This document shows, one piece after another, positions 23,818 through 37,508 of a DNA stretch of 64,000 nt (its first letter is position 1; the number at the start of each line of letters is the position of its first letter). Position numbers and translations under genes: made by a program. Under the pieces are notes generated by a model, which saw nothing but the letters and a program-made list of their open reading frames with translations, was not told the origin of the DNA and did not search any database. The DNA comes from Lingula anatina (lineage: Eukaryota > Animalia > Brachiopoda), in contig CM120649.1 of assembly GCA_051362555.1 (NCBI GenBank), positions 15,190,001 through 15,254,000 on the forward strand, written 5' to 3'.

Positions 23818-24780
23818 CTTCAAATGGTTAACTGCTGTTTGGATCCTTCATTATCTTTTACGTGAAATGTTTTCACAGCATGCATTGAAACGCCTACCCT
23901 CGAGTCCGCAAGCTCTTTTTAAGTCATTGGTGTTTCGGTTGGCTTCACCTGAAGTCCTCAGTGAGAGATTAATCTGAAGCTTCTATTTTTGTGACACTGA
24001 AACGCTGCTTATCGTGTATTGCGCCACTGACAAAAATTAAAAATTGATACTGCACTTAATAAAGATTAATCCATTTACTGTAATTGTAATCTAATACCAT
24101 CTCATCCTGTGTGTTTTTATAGTTTTTACTGATTGAATTGTCTGCCATTGGGTCTATCATATCTATCAGATGGTGTTATGAATATTTTATGTTTGCTATT
24201 GTCAGTTAAAGGAAATGTTACACTCTATTGCCAGTGCAAATCAGCATCAAGTACATGTAAAATGTATATACAAACGAGAAATTAGAATCAGGAAAAAAAC
24301 GAAAAGCAAAAACAATACTGGAAAATTATCTGTATTGAAATCCCACTTTGGTTTCACAAATGTGCGTGCACAACTGTAAAAAAGGACACCCAAATACCTC
24401 TTCACGCCCATAACATGTTTTCGACAAAAAGTAACAACAAATTAGCAAAAATAATCTCGCTTTCAGTGACATAAAATCACCTTCGAGGTCTGTCGTGTCA
24501 TAGACGTGCAACTTTTCCCTAGCCCTAAATAATCCCCGAAACGCTTTCGTCATTAAAAATATTTGCTCAATTATCGCGCGTGCAGCCCGCTGACAGCTCA
24601 ACAGATTTCTCGTGTAACATTTATTAACTTTTTTAAAAAAAAATTTCGACTTACACTGGGTCCACGTTAATGTCTATAAAACTGAAAACTGAGATCACAA
24701 CAAAAACAGGAAAGGTTTTTTAGGGTTTTAGGGACAGGAGCAACGGATTTCACCGCAGAAATAGATATCGCAAGCAATAA

Positions 24781-25004
24781 ACTCCCCTTTACACTGGACG
24801 GCGTCCTTTCTGCGTCCTTTGTGCGACCATGAAACCAGCACGGCTGTGGTCGTCAAAAGGAGCCACAAGCATCTCTTTGCTTGCAGAATAAATGCTCAAT
24901 GATCGGCCAATTGTCGGCAAGTAAAGTATTATGTTGCTTCTTTACTCTAAAATGAGGCGGTACTACGGTGTGCAGAAAGGTCGCCGTCTTGTGTTAAGGG
25001 GGCT
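24781..25004. mobile_element. Tourist/Harbinger-like MITE
   Basis: Imperfect TIRs ccccttt-acactggacggcgtcctttctgc / gcagaaaggtcgccgtcttgtgttaaggggg, flanked by TAA. Confidence 0.65.
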
Positions 25005-27136
25005 TAATGGAGTGACGCTTGGAGAAGTTTGTAAATTTCCAAAAATAATCGGTCGACATCCTTACACATTCTGGGTGAGAGATAATATGGCTACTTTCAT
25101 CTACACATAGAATTCTGTTTCATAGATGAGTTACAAATGCACTTTCTTTTCAAGAGAATTGAGAGCAAGTTGTGCCGAAGAATTTATAGCCATAACTGGT
25201 ATCTACACAGTCACGATTTGAAGTGATTTCAAGGCTTTTTTTTTCGCAACTAAACCATGCACAGATTATCTGGGCACTGTCTCAGCATAATCGATTCTAG
25301 ACAAAACTTTCAGCCCTTTCAGCTATTTCTCTTGAATGTATGTGATTATTCAACACAAGTATTGATTGCACTGTTTAAACTACAAGGCTTTAGAAATAAG
25401 TCAGCAATTATTGAGACTTAAAAGAATTAAAGCAATCAAAATAAGCACGTTCATGAGGGGCAGAGTTTTTTACGCTCAAGTAAAAAAATATGCGTGACAA
25501 GAAAAAAAGGCAGTTGAATCCAATTCAATCCTATTTAATCTCAACAGCCTTCAATTCACTGTATAATCTGATATTAATGACGTTGTGTAACGATTGCCTT
25601 TAATCCGGTCGAAAATCAAGTGGTTCAAATCGTTTGGTTAATCTAATAGAGATCAACTAATTTGACGTTTCAAGTGCCGGTGGACTTGTCGTAGGAGAGC
25701 GTTTCTCTGCATGAAGGTATTTTGGTTGTGTAGGGGATCGTTCCTAATAAAACGATCGTTCTACGCAGTTCGATCCAACTCCACGGGGACTCTCGCGATG
25801 AACAGATTAACACTGCTTCTTCTGAGTAGAGTAGAGAAAAGCTGGTGATTGTATATTCGTTGAAAACAAGGGGAAGCGTGTAAATCTGATTGCATTCCGC
25901 GAGTGTCCACGCTGAGTAAGATAGATCTACGCAGAACGATACCTTCATTGGTAATGGGCCCTAAGATAGCCGGGCCAATATGTGACGGAGGTTCGTGCAG
26001 AGGAGTTAACAAATTGAAAAAGGAGGAGGGCGAAGGGGAGGGGGTCACTAACTGGGAGGATAGCTGAAAGTAAGAATAGAAACTTAATGTCAGAAAAGTT
26101 TTTGTTAACAGAAGTTTCAGTTAAAATGGAGGTGAGAAAAGGGATGATTTTTCAAACACACACGCTTAAAGCACATTTATATGATTCTCATTATTGTGCA
26201 TTTATAACTATATAACCTCCATGTATATTGTGAGATCATATCCGTTGTATCAAAATTTAGCTGTATCAGAGAAGAATTTCATCGGCTGTGTTATGATATA
26301 AGAATGAAGTAATTAATCTTCAGTCAACAATACTGAAATAGCTTTACCTCCAATATTTCGATGTCTAGCAGAATATCTTCATCAGGGAATTCCCTGTTGA
26401 AGATGTATTGTGTCAATAAAGAAACTAAATGAAATCATTTTTAACTTGAAACCAGAAAATCGCCTAGCGGAAATATTCATTGTGTTTTGCTTTGGTTGTC
26501 ATGACTACGCAACGCTTACGGCCCAACCACTCCTGTGAAGATCGTGTCGGAATGCCTTATGAAGTGACGTTTTATCTCTCTCCTTAAATACCAACGACGT
26601 TGTTGCAGCCCACTTGACTTCTAAACACCAACATTTTGGACATATTTGAGATATTTGAACGTCCAAATTCTTTGTTTTTAAGATGAAGATGACCCGTTTA
26701 CCAGTAAATTGCATAAGGAGATGGGTCATCGCTCTATTTTCTACGGTCAGAACTTGATTCAGACACATTTCTTTGGCAAAGAAATACTTTGGTACCAATA
26801 GAGCTAAAGTGCTTTTTGAAGAAACTAGTACTGAAAATACACCTATTTATTCAACAGTGTTAGTGTCATAGCTTACAGCACTGCGTTAGTAGGCTGAATA
26901 AAACTTTGATTTCAAAAAGAATGCACAAGGTGGCAGTTCATGTGATTAAAATGTCCCTATTATCCTACCTAATATCTTACGTCTCAACAAGGCCTGGTGT
27001 GTAATTCCCATGTGACTTACTAGGGAAATGGCGTGAAAGTGCGTTTCAAAGGGGTGCCAATTTTTTTTAAAAATTGTGTGTTACCGTTCAGTTAAGTCCT
27101 TTAAAGAACAAATGGCCGTAAACCTACCCATATGTA

Positions 27137-27362
27137 CTGACAGTCAATGAAAACGCATCATTTATTTATTAAATAATATTTTAAGTTCCATTGGAACATT
27201 AAGAAAATAACTATTTTCGTGTGAAATATGACCCATTATTCAGTCAAACAAGGTGACTCTCTTATAACCAAACAAGTGCATTTGTACTCGTTTATATGGT
27301 TGGAATCGATTCTCGGTAAAAAAAAAGTACAAGTTTTCTGATGCGTTTTCATTGACTGTCAG
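27137..27362. mobile_element. Tc1/mariner-type MITE
   Basis: Perfect 24-bp TIR ctgacagtcaatgaaaacgcatca / tgatgcgttttcattgactgtcag, flanked by TA on both sides. Confidence 0.78.
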
Positions 27363-27665
27363 TATGCATTATAAACGAGCATGTAATCAGTTTAACTGAC
27401 AGTTGAAAAATACTTCAATATTGCTTAAAACATACAGTTGGCTTCAGGGATTTTTACATTCATTCGACTTTCTCTTCTTTTCCTAATTATTCTCACACCT
27501 TGTACTTACACATATGTTGGACACACACAAAAAAAAACATGTCTTTTATTGAAACAAGAAATGAGTTCATAAAAACCGTTGCTGGCTCCTAAAGAAAAAT
27601 GCATCGTGAAGCGGTTGCCAGAAAGATACGAGAAACAAAAACAAAATCACGGTTGTTAAAAGAAA

Positions 27666-27700
27666 GAAGGAAGGAAGGAAGGAAGGAAGGAAGGAAGGAA
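27666..27700. repeat. (GGAA)n microsatellite
   Basis: About 8 tandem ggaa units. Confidence 0.9.
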
Positions 27701-28050
27701 AAATTAAGTGTGAATTTAAGTGAAAATTCGAAAATTGAAAAGATTGTGCTACGGTAAGAAAAAATAGAAAGCCAAAAGAAAGAAGGAGAAATCTTGTGTT
27801 CGGCTACAATAAATGAATGAATGAATAAATGAAGAAAAAACGTAGAAAAACGCCCAAAGACCCATTTCCTCCATCATTTTGTAATTTTGTAAATTTTCTT
27901 CTCGGTTTCAGTGACACGACGACCTCTGGCTAACATACGTGCTGTTGAATCACTATTTGTTTATTTCAGCGCCATCGAAACGATAAACTACTTGAGATAT
28001 CTTTCATCGCGAATTAATCCAAGCCTAATTTATCACGAAACGGAAGCGGG

Positions 28051-28058
28051 TATATAAA
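28051..28058 (+). promoter_or_regulatory. Putative TATA box of the BRICHOS gene
   Basis: gggTATATAAAaag in a GC-flanked context, ~350 bp upstream of the ATG at 28399. Confidence 0.55.
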
Positions 28059-28398
28059 AAGTCCCACTCCAGTCGCTGATTACACTTTTCGATACCAGTA
28101 ATAGGGTTAGGTAATTGAAGGGGGCGACTGATGAGTCTCCAAGGGTGTTTTATTGAAACAGGAGCTCTATAAGGGAACGCCGGTCTCTCAATTCTTGTGT
28201 TACATTGTTAATATTTTCGTCACTTGGCAAAGGCTGTGGTTGAGGAAAAACAGTTATCGGGAAAGAGATCTAGAAGAGGTGGATTGTAACGGTGATAGTT
28301 TTAGTAGAACTTGAGTAAGGCGTTAGGAGAAGGCGTGAAGATAACAGAGCTGCAGTTGAAGTTGACCAAACCAAAGATTTCAGATAAACTGACTGAGG

Positions 28399-29308
28399 AT
28401 GGCACAAAGATTAAGTGTGGGCTTACTGATGTTGGCCACTACGATCTTCGCTTCACCGCTGGTGAGTTTATTTTTCTGTATTTTATCTCTCGGTAATGAA
28501 TTATGAAAGCACAGAGAAAATTATTTATCCGTGGCAAAAAAAAAACTTGAAATGGCACTCTTCTGTTTAGTTTGAAGATTTTTTTTATCAAACTGAAAAA
28601 ACTGTCAAACCGATATTTTAAATTTGTTTTGTTCTTATATTTTTATATCTTATTTCTATTCCATTACTTTAACCTTCAGTCTTTCTTTCTTTCATTCATT
28701 TTTTATTTTCATTATTGGACTAAACTGTGTGTTTGGAAATAAAACAAATAACAGGATGTTTATGTTTTAAGTGGTATGAAAGCGAGTGGCTTTTAAAAGA
28801 GTCATTCTTTATGAAAGGCTTTCTAAAAGGCATATCTTTAAAAGGCAATTTCACGGAATAAATCATGTTTAAGTTAGATAACTATGTTTGCAGTAAGCTA
28901 TTTCCAGGTTGTGAGGAAGGAAAATGGTGCCATTTAATTGTCAAGAAAGCATAATCTTCACTCACTTTTTGTCAGTTTAGAATATAAATTTAGATCTTTG
29001 CTTACTTATTCAGTTTTTATTCTGAAAAAAATTGACAAAATACTTTGCGTGTCATGTGATATGTGTCTTTAATGTCCACAAAATAATTTCATATATATTT
29101 TGTAAACTTTTTATATCAATTAAAAGAGGTGAGCGTTATAAATTGGAACTTTACTACAATAATGTGAATAGTTTCTTCCAATGAAACGCTGGGTGTTTTT
29201 TTATTTCAGTTACCTCTGAAATATATTTATCGTAAAGCTGCAGCTTGCTCCATTTTCTTTTATTCAAAATTTACTTTAATTTTCAATTCAAAAACCTTCC
29301 CTCTTTAT

Positions 29309-29383
<75 letters not shown>

Positions 29384-32300
29384 CAAACAGTTTAACGTCT
29401 AATGTTTTCAGCCATACAAGGCGGAAATACCCGAGGTCCGCTGGGCTCCGCCTAAGTTCGGCCCGCCCAAGATAGTCCGCGAAGACAGCGCCAAGTTACC
29501 AGATAGCCACACTAAAGTGATCAACGCTGTTGGAAGTGACCAGGCTGTTGTGCTGCACGACAGGAACGCTGTGAGTCTCACTAAGAATAAAACCACTTTT
29601 AAGACGGGTATCGTGAGATGTTAAGATATGCAGTGCCTTTTTCTTGAAGTATGTGATATACATTAAAGAAGAACCCAGATATTAACGCCTTTCAAAAAGA
29701 CTGAGATACACTTTTACTGAAGATTTTCAATATTTTGGACTCTCCCTGCAAAACGTCTTCATGGCATACCATACGCGTTTGAAAATGTTCCAAAATCTTA
29801 TTCAAATATTGAAATATTTTTCAAAGATACTGATCTTTTCTAATTCAGTTCTTAAAATGATACATCTCATCAAAAACATTACCTTATTTTGATATTTCCT
29901 TATGAAATGTAAGAAAGACTATGGTAGTCTAAATACTTGGCCAAACATTCAGAGCTAATTATATCATTTGCAGTGGTGAAAGAAACAAGTTCAGGGAAGG
30001 ATTGAATGATTCTCGAGAAGGAGATAATTGTTTTGTTTTTTCGAGGAAAATTCTATTCGGCGGGAAAACCCCGGCTAGGGTAACATCATGTTAAAATTTG
30101 CTTTAAAAAGTTTTACGCCCACCTTATCATATGTTTGGGAGTAACCTCTGTTGGACGTATGCGTTTCAAACGGAGGCAGACAGTCTCACAGCCAACTTAC
30201 TCAATATCAAAAGAAATTTTTGTCAATAAAAGCAAATTGGCTGTCCCCTCGCCTACTTTTTGGGCCACCCCAGGTAACTGTATAAAAATTTGTTTCAATT
30301 TTTATTCACACGCACTTTCCAATACACGACGGAAGAGGCCTTTTTAATGATAGATACATAGGAATGAGTGTCTCCAATTCTGAATAAAGATAATGACTAA
30401 AACTTCATCACGTCAGGACAAATGGGATACCTTCAGGCAAATCGTTTTTCTACGTGCTCCCTCAGCTTCCATACAAGCTTAAACTTGTTAATGGGCAGTT
30501 CAAGGTTTAGCTGGGCAAAGATCTGATATCCCAATGCACACGAATATCAAAAGGGTCTATTTATTGTGGTACCAATATGGGGATTAGCCAAGAAAAGGCG
30601 CATTACGCTTGGGTACACGAGTAACAGAAAAGGGATGTTTGTTTTACTACGAACGATCTAATTATAACGCTGATACTAAATTGAGTACGGGATAGAAATG
30701 TGTCCAAATGTCAAGCCTTAAAAGTCAACATTCACATTGATACATGTGGCTATATTTAGGAAAATATTTCAACTACCAGGACGGTGTTCTCCTGAATTGG
30801 CGATTTTCTCCAATTTAGGATAGTCATTGGATTAAGGTTTTCAAAGGAGACGCCTTTGATTCAAGAAATATTTAGCTCAAATGAATAAACAAAATTATAT
30901 CCGAACAAATTTCATTCTATGGCCTGAATCTAATATAAAATTACTAAAGCAAACTAAAGTGAAATATCGTTTCCTTTTTTCATGATCTTGCACGTTTGTG
31001 CCAAATCACAATTTTAAAATAACGACAGCGAGAGGGTGAGTGTACATGTATTGAGTAAACAACGAAAAGAAAAGAAACGACAGAGCGATTTTTAAACAAA
31101 TTACAGGTAATGGACTTTCACTTCTAGGATGCTATCTTTTTTATTAAAAACCTGCTGTGGATACCATTCCTCAGGCCGACCGAATTGAAGGCAACATTTT
31201 GCAATTAGCTCAAGATTGTTATAGTAAAAAATGAATTAACGAATCATTGAACTTCACAGTGTAAAACTTACCCACCTTATAACTGAGATTTTGTAACTTC
31301 TTAACTTTAATTAATTATCGCTGAAACTTATTATTATTATTATTATTTAATATGTATTCTATTTATTAGACCATAGTCAATGTACTGAATTTTTAATTAA
31401 AAAGGTACCGAACTTTTAATAAATCGATAAAAGAATAGGACAGAATAACTGAACACATAATAATATACATATATTTATTCCAGGGTTTAACGGCTATAAA
31501 GGATGAGACGTTGGGGGTCTGTTTCGTCACCGAGTTCGACCCGGAGTGGTCTCTCACTGCAGAGGAAATGCAGGAACACTTAGTGACGGTGAGATGTGTT
31601 CCAAACAAGAAATCAAATAAAATTGATTTTCTGCTTGAAAGTGAAAAGCAAATAACGAATAACGGGCCTGTGACCTGAACGTACTTAAACACTGTGTCCA
31701 GAAATCTATAATTATTTTAACAGTTGAACTTTATTTATTCGTTAACTTAATGATTAATTCGTAATTTCAAGTATACCATGGAATCGATATGATAGTCTAA
31801 CATTATAACTCTTTTGTCCATAAATATTTCAGCTCGGCACCGAATTCATGGACATCGACGAAAACCCCGAGCTTCGCCAGGAGGCTGGCGAGCTCATCAC
31901 TACCTTGTGTGCCAATATGCGGACCTTCTGGCTCATACCACGTGAAGCGCCTCCACCAAGGCTCGTGAGCCAAAATGATGTCAACCAGATGGTGACGCCC
32001 ATCGGCCCCCGCTTCATCGCGACCGACGTCGTGCCGCTCCAGAACTACCCCGTTCAGAAACAACGTCGCCCAGTACCAGTACCAGTCGACGTAGAAGAGC
32101 CATTGGAGCCAATGGCGGTGGCCCCACAGCCCCTTCGCCTGAAATCAGGGTCACCAGACAAGCTCACGCCGCCTAAACTTGCAGTTCCTTCTAAGAGGCC
32201 TGCTCTCCCCGAACCTGAAGAGCCCAGCTACCCAGTGCCGCAGCGCCAGATCCCAAGTGAGCCAAATTCCGTTCCCAACCGCATTGCTCCACAAAGAAAA

Positions 32301-32876
32301 GTCCCAACGCCGCCAAGAGTCGTCCAGCAGCCTGAAGAACCTTACAGAGTTCCACAGAGACAAGTCCCCTCCAAAATTCCTCAGGAACCCGAGGCACCTG
32401 TTCCCAAACGCCCGATTCCTAACAGGGTTGTTCCAGAACCCGAGGCGCCCGCCCCTCCACCCAAGGTACCCACAAAAAAAGCGCCGTCATCTGTTCCACA
32501 ACGCATCTCACCACCCACAAATGACCAGGAGCCAGAACCGCCCGTCCCAAGACGACAAACGCCAGACGATCTTGAAACACCTTTTCCAGTCCCGCAACGC
32601 AGAGTTCCTCAGAAACTGCCAGTAGTGGAAGACCTTCCCTCTTATCCAGTTCCCAAGCGACAGTCGTCCCCGGTGCGGAGTCCTCCCCAGCCAGCGTCGA
32701 ATGAGGACGTAGAGTATCCAGTTCCGCCCCCTCTTCTCCGCAGCAGGAGATCAGCTTCACAGCAGGCCCGGAGCAAGAAAGATCCGCAGAATATTGTATT
32801 TGAAATCGGGAAAAGGGTTCTTGTGATTCCATTAAATGGGCTGAAAAATCACCGCTACGTTGTTTTGAATAACTAA
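28399..32876 (+). CDS. Secreted BRICHOS-domain protein with long proline-rich repeat region (4 exons, ~456 aa)
   Basis: Exons 28399-28461 (MAQRLSVGLLMLATTIFASPL, signal peptide), 29412-29570, 31484-31588 and 31833-32876, all phase-0 GT-AG. BRICHOS signature VVLHDRNAGLTAIKDETLGVCFV...GELITTLCANMRTFWL, then repeats of EP(x)YPVPQR and an RSRR site. AATAAA at 33649. Confidence 0.85.
29313..29367. repeat. (TA)n microsatellite in intron 1 of the BRICHOS gene
   Basis: Pure AT run followed by poly-T. Confidence 0.95.
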
Positions 32877-34014
32877 GGACTGGGTTGATGTACCTGCTGA
32901 AAATAATTTGTTACGAAGGACGGAATTTTTGACATCTTATGCGTTTTCTTCATGGATAGTTATTATCCGGTATATTTTACAATTATCAAGAGTGTTTTGA
33001 ACTTGCAAAGAACGTAGTTGAAATTTTTAACTGCATTGACTGCGTTCTCGTAAAACGCTTCCACCAAATGTTGGTGAAATTATATTTTTAAAAGTATAAA
33101 TGTTTAATTCTAATTCTCTGTCGTCCAACGTGTGCGTCTCCTTTGAGATTTTTTTCTCATATAACCGCTAACTTAATTTACCAGAAATGAATTTTATCGT
33201 TTTGTTTTGCAAAATGCTATTTTTGTTATTTTACAAAAGAAACTTTTATTTTTTGGTCGCTTTTTATTTTGCTGCTTACGCTAACACAATTTGCTTTTGT
33301 CAGGTTTTGAAATGAATGCATAAACGGCAAAGAACACTTTCAGTAATCTTCAGTTGGCTGTCTTTATATAATCAAACGCACCATTAATCAATACATAGAC
33401 CATTATTTTTATTATCACTAATATATTGAAAATGTAAGTTCCTGCAAGTGCTTTATTTGTTTAATGTGCCTTGTTTGTTCTGATTTATCTTTTTAAAGAA
33501 TTCCCTATGCAAGCGAACGATTGTTGCTAACTATCACCAGCTATTCTTGTTATTGTTTCTTGGTTGAGCAACGTGCTGTTCCGGGTAAAACTTGATATTT
33601 AATTTTGGACAATGTTTGTATGTTATATTGAATGAATATGATGGAATGAATAAAATGACATACAATACGAATACAAATCACTTTGATTTAGTGGGATTAC
33701 CTAGACTACTACTATGCTACAGTCGTTTTGAGTCATGGTCTTAGTCCTGTTGAATTAGATCATAGTCTTATTGAATCCAAGGGAACACCTTTTCATAGTA
33801 ACAATTCATACACGTATACTTTGTGATAGGAACGCTTCTCATCATTTAGATAACTTCGTCATGACAACGTGAATCAAACTGCAAATTGCTGTGGGGAAAA
33901 AGGCTTATAAAATGTCTATAACTTATTGTGAATATTTACATTATACCTTACCAAGCATTAATAGCCCAAAACATTTAAATGATACATTTTCGCTCTGTAT
34001 AATTATTGAACAAT

Positions 34015-34052
34015 TTTTTTATTATTTATTTGTTTATTTATTTTATTTTATT

Positions 34053-34111
<59 letters not shown>

Positions 34112-34116
34112 TTTTT
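34015..34116. repeat. (ATTT)n microsatellite
   Basis: Long run of ttta units. Confidence 0.9.
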
Positions 34117-37100
34117 GTGAGAGGGCGTCACCTGAAATGTCATCAAAATGATACCGCGTAAAGAAGTTTTGATGACACAGACCCATTCAATTTAGCCATA
34201 TAAGAAGATTATAAACAATAATTATTGAAGGTGGCACTAGTTACGTGCCGGACCCCCAGGCACACGTGGGGGTTTTGTGATCAATGAAGATTTCATTGTG
34301 AGTAAAGACGTTTGCTTCATTAGGATTCCCTGATAAATGAATCTTAAAGAAGTAACTGCCTTCTGAATTTTTACTCTACAAGGAAGATTTGAATGTGAAA
34401 GGTGTTTCGAATTTCTGAGACGCGTTTACAGACATAAGAACTATAGCAATATATATGCTTTTTTAACAACAGTAAAATTTCAGAGTTTTTTACTCCTCTA
34501 TAATTGATATTTACAGATCAATATTCTACCAGTTAGAAGAACTTGAATTCCTTAATTACTGCAACTTTCAGTGCAGAGCACAGCTATTAACATTCTTTGC
34601 TGATGCAGATATAAATAAATGATCCCACACGTCATAGACATATACGAAAGCAAACGCCGGCCTTCCTCTTTGAAATATAGAAGTAAAATCGAAATGAGAT
34701 GCCAGCTAACCTTTGGAAAACTGAATGCTGAAGTGTTAAACACACTGCTAAAGATTGCTAAAATGCAGTAGGTGAGACAGCGGTCGCATTCTTCACCAAA
34801 TGTGAATATTCAAGAGTTGCGATGGTTGATGTGAAACCTGACAACTTGAGCTCCCTGGCTGCGATAATCAGGAAGCTGTGTTTGCATACTAAGTCAGTGT
34901 CTGACTTTCATCATTTAGATTCTAAGTGATAAGTTCGTCGAAGTCTGCTGGCTTACAAGTTATGTTAACCATAAAATTTGCAATATTTTCTATTTTGTCT
35001 TGAATTTGCTGAGGCAAGGTAGAATAACCTTGTGCCATCTATACATTATAATATGTAAAGAGATAAAATAGAAACCAGATGGGCATTAAATCTGCTGACC
35101 TTGAACTGACAAGTGGACTATTGCCATACAACCGAGCCTTCTCGTATTATGTCATTTTTTACACGAAAATTGCGGTGTCTTGTATCCTTGAACTCTCTAA
35201 TGGGTTTTTTACCCGGCCCTTGACCTTTGTAAATGTAACTATCTGCCACAAATACTTCGTTCAACTCTGACTGATCGTGCCTTCAATAAAGTATCGTGAT
35301 AATATTTAACAGAGAGTCCAGTAGATTTATATATTGGTGGATTCTTAGTGAAATTATGTGCCCGCAGTTACAGCCCCACCCCCTCAACACACACGTGTAC
35401 TAACACACACGTGCATGCGCGCACACACAGAAGCATTGATACACACATACTCAAACGAAATCATGCAGGCACGCTCATAGTCAAATGCGCGCGCGCTCGC
35501 TCTCGGTCCGGCGACCCGAGGTTTGAGAGGCCCAGTCGATGGAGCAATTTCTATAATATTTGATATCTCTGTGAGCGACGATCTAACTTTTCATACCTTC
35601 AGCCTTGTCTATGCCCACTCAGATACAGTGCAAAGACTATCGCATCGCTTCAGAATATTAGACATATCTATTTGTAAAACAGTCGCAGCTTCCCCGATTA
35701 TCGGAGGATGAAAAATACTCAGTTTTCCAATTTAGCACTAGAGACAAATTTTTTCCATAAAATATTATTAGAGGAAGGCTATGCACTGGCTGGATTAACA
35801 GGTCATTCGTGTTAATGTCACGGTACCCTTTAGCCTATGTTTATAAAGCCACAAATAGCCAACATACACAGCAGCTGTGGTGGTCATTAAACAGCAAGTG
35901 TTCGTCTCCTTAGTACCAATCTGTTTCCACTTGATGCCATTATAATATACTGCACTCTACCTGGCTGGTCAAGTCGAGGGCCCTACCAAATTTTTTGACC
36001 TTGGCCATGTCCGTGAACTTTAGAACGCCACCAGGAACTTCACTCAGAGCACGCTGTACCCTGATATTCAGGGTAATTATGATAGCGTGTTACACTCACC
36101 GTTGCTGGAAATGGTGTAGATTACAGAGGCTAGATTGAAACAGAATCTGAAACCCAGGGTGACAAATACGATGAAGGACATGCTAGTATTTAGCCTGTAA
36201 ACATGTTTTCCTGGACATAGGCGCAGTCGTGCATTGATAAACTGTCTAGACTTACCGGTCATCGGAGGACACCTGCTTTATGTCATGCTGACCGCGCGTT
36301 TTACAGAGAAACAAAAGCTTAGTTTTTCTGGTAAAATAAAAACTTCAAAAAATATCATATCATAGAGATCACAGTGTTACGACTGCTGTTAGAGCTGCAT
36401 AGAGTTGTCATTTTTTAGAGTCGTTCATTGAAGAAAAAATTCCACTTACAGCTGTAGAATTTAGACATTTAAAGGTTTTTAGATTGATGATATGGGGAAA
36501 TTGCTGAAGATCCTGGGACAATTAATTGATTTGGCATATATAGGTAGACAGAACATGGGGAAGTTGCTACTGACAAACTGTAAAGATATAACCCTTGTCC
36601 ATCTATTGAAACAGAAAAATGATTTATTAAAAAGACAACGAGGGTGTTGTTTATCTATGAAAAATCGTTGGTGTTTCAGCAAACAGATGATTAAATCAGT
36701 ATCTCAAGGCAAAGAACAATAACATCCGTCCCAAGTCTTAATTTAAAGATTAAAACAGATAAATAAGATAAACACCATACCGAAATATCTTTGTCTTTTC
36801 AAAAATTAGTTCAATCTAATTCCTATAAGCCAAAATAAGATCCATTTGGCTTAGTTGGTATTTCTGTTTCGTAATGAAAATAATGACCCAGTAATGATGA
36901 ATTTCATTTGGCTAGTTTGGACGAAAAGAAACTCTCATTAAAGCAATCTTTCCCCAGCATTTCTTAAAATAATTTCAAGGAAAAACAAGAGAATGGTAAC
37001 AGATCACTACCAGAGTATATTCAATGAAAAGGGGTTATTGCTGATTCTCTCCTCAAGTGAATCGGATCATTTATTTAAACAAACTGCTGCCTCTCTCATA

Positions 37101-37508
37101 AGGGTAATTGAACATTCTTGAAGTTCAGCTATGCAAATGTCAGGAAACTAATAAACCTCATATTCAAGTTAAAGAAACAGAAATTGTGCTGGCTTTGTAG
37201 AGATTCAGCAGGTGATTGTTTATCTTTTTATTTCGTATTCTATTGTCTTAATTTTGTATGTTCGTTCATATTCAGTAAATTTTGAAAATAGCTAGATGAG
37301 AACACAAAACTGCACTTCACGTATTTATGCTGTAAATAGAGAGAAAAATTGAATTTAACATTGTTTATTAAGACAGACTATCAAATGTTTTTCGTTTACT
37401 AGCAACATCCTCTTACGCATTTATAACAGATTGGTTCGACTTTCTGAACAAAGGAGGTCTAGGTCGACTGATTTATTAATTGTTACAGGTAAGGGCACAT
37501 TCGTCCTA

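Larger units (their letters stand above)
1..24620. repeat. Segmental tandem triplication; units approx. <1-6060, 6070-16260 and 17450-24620
   Basis: Exons, introns and flanks recur in the same order and orientation, e.g. 'ccactgacaaaaattaaaaattgata' at ~5357, ~15568 and ~24024, and 'ctgtgttggagat' at ~154, ~6097 and ~17612. Confidence 0.92.

Noticed and set aside
32151-32832. Overlapping alternative-frame and antisense ORFs of 68-148 aa
   Set aside because: By-products of GC-rich proline codons in the real BRICHOS exon.
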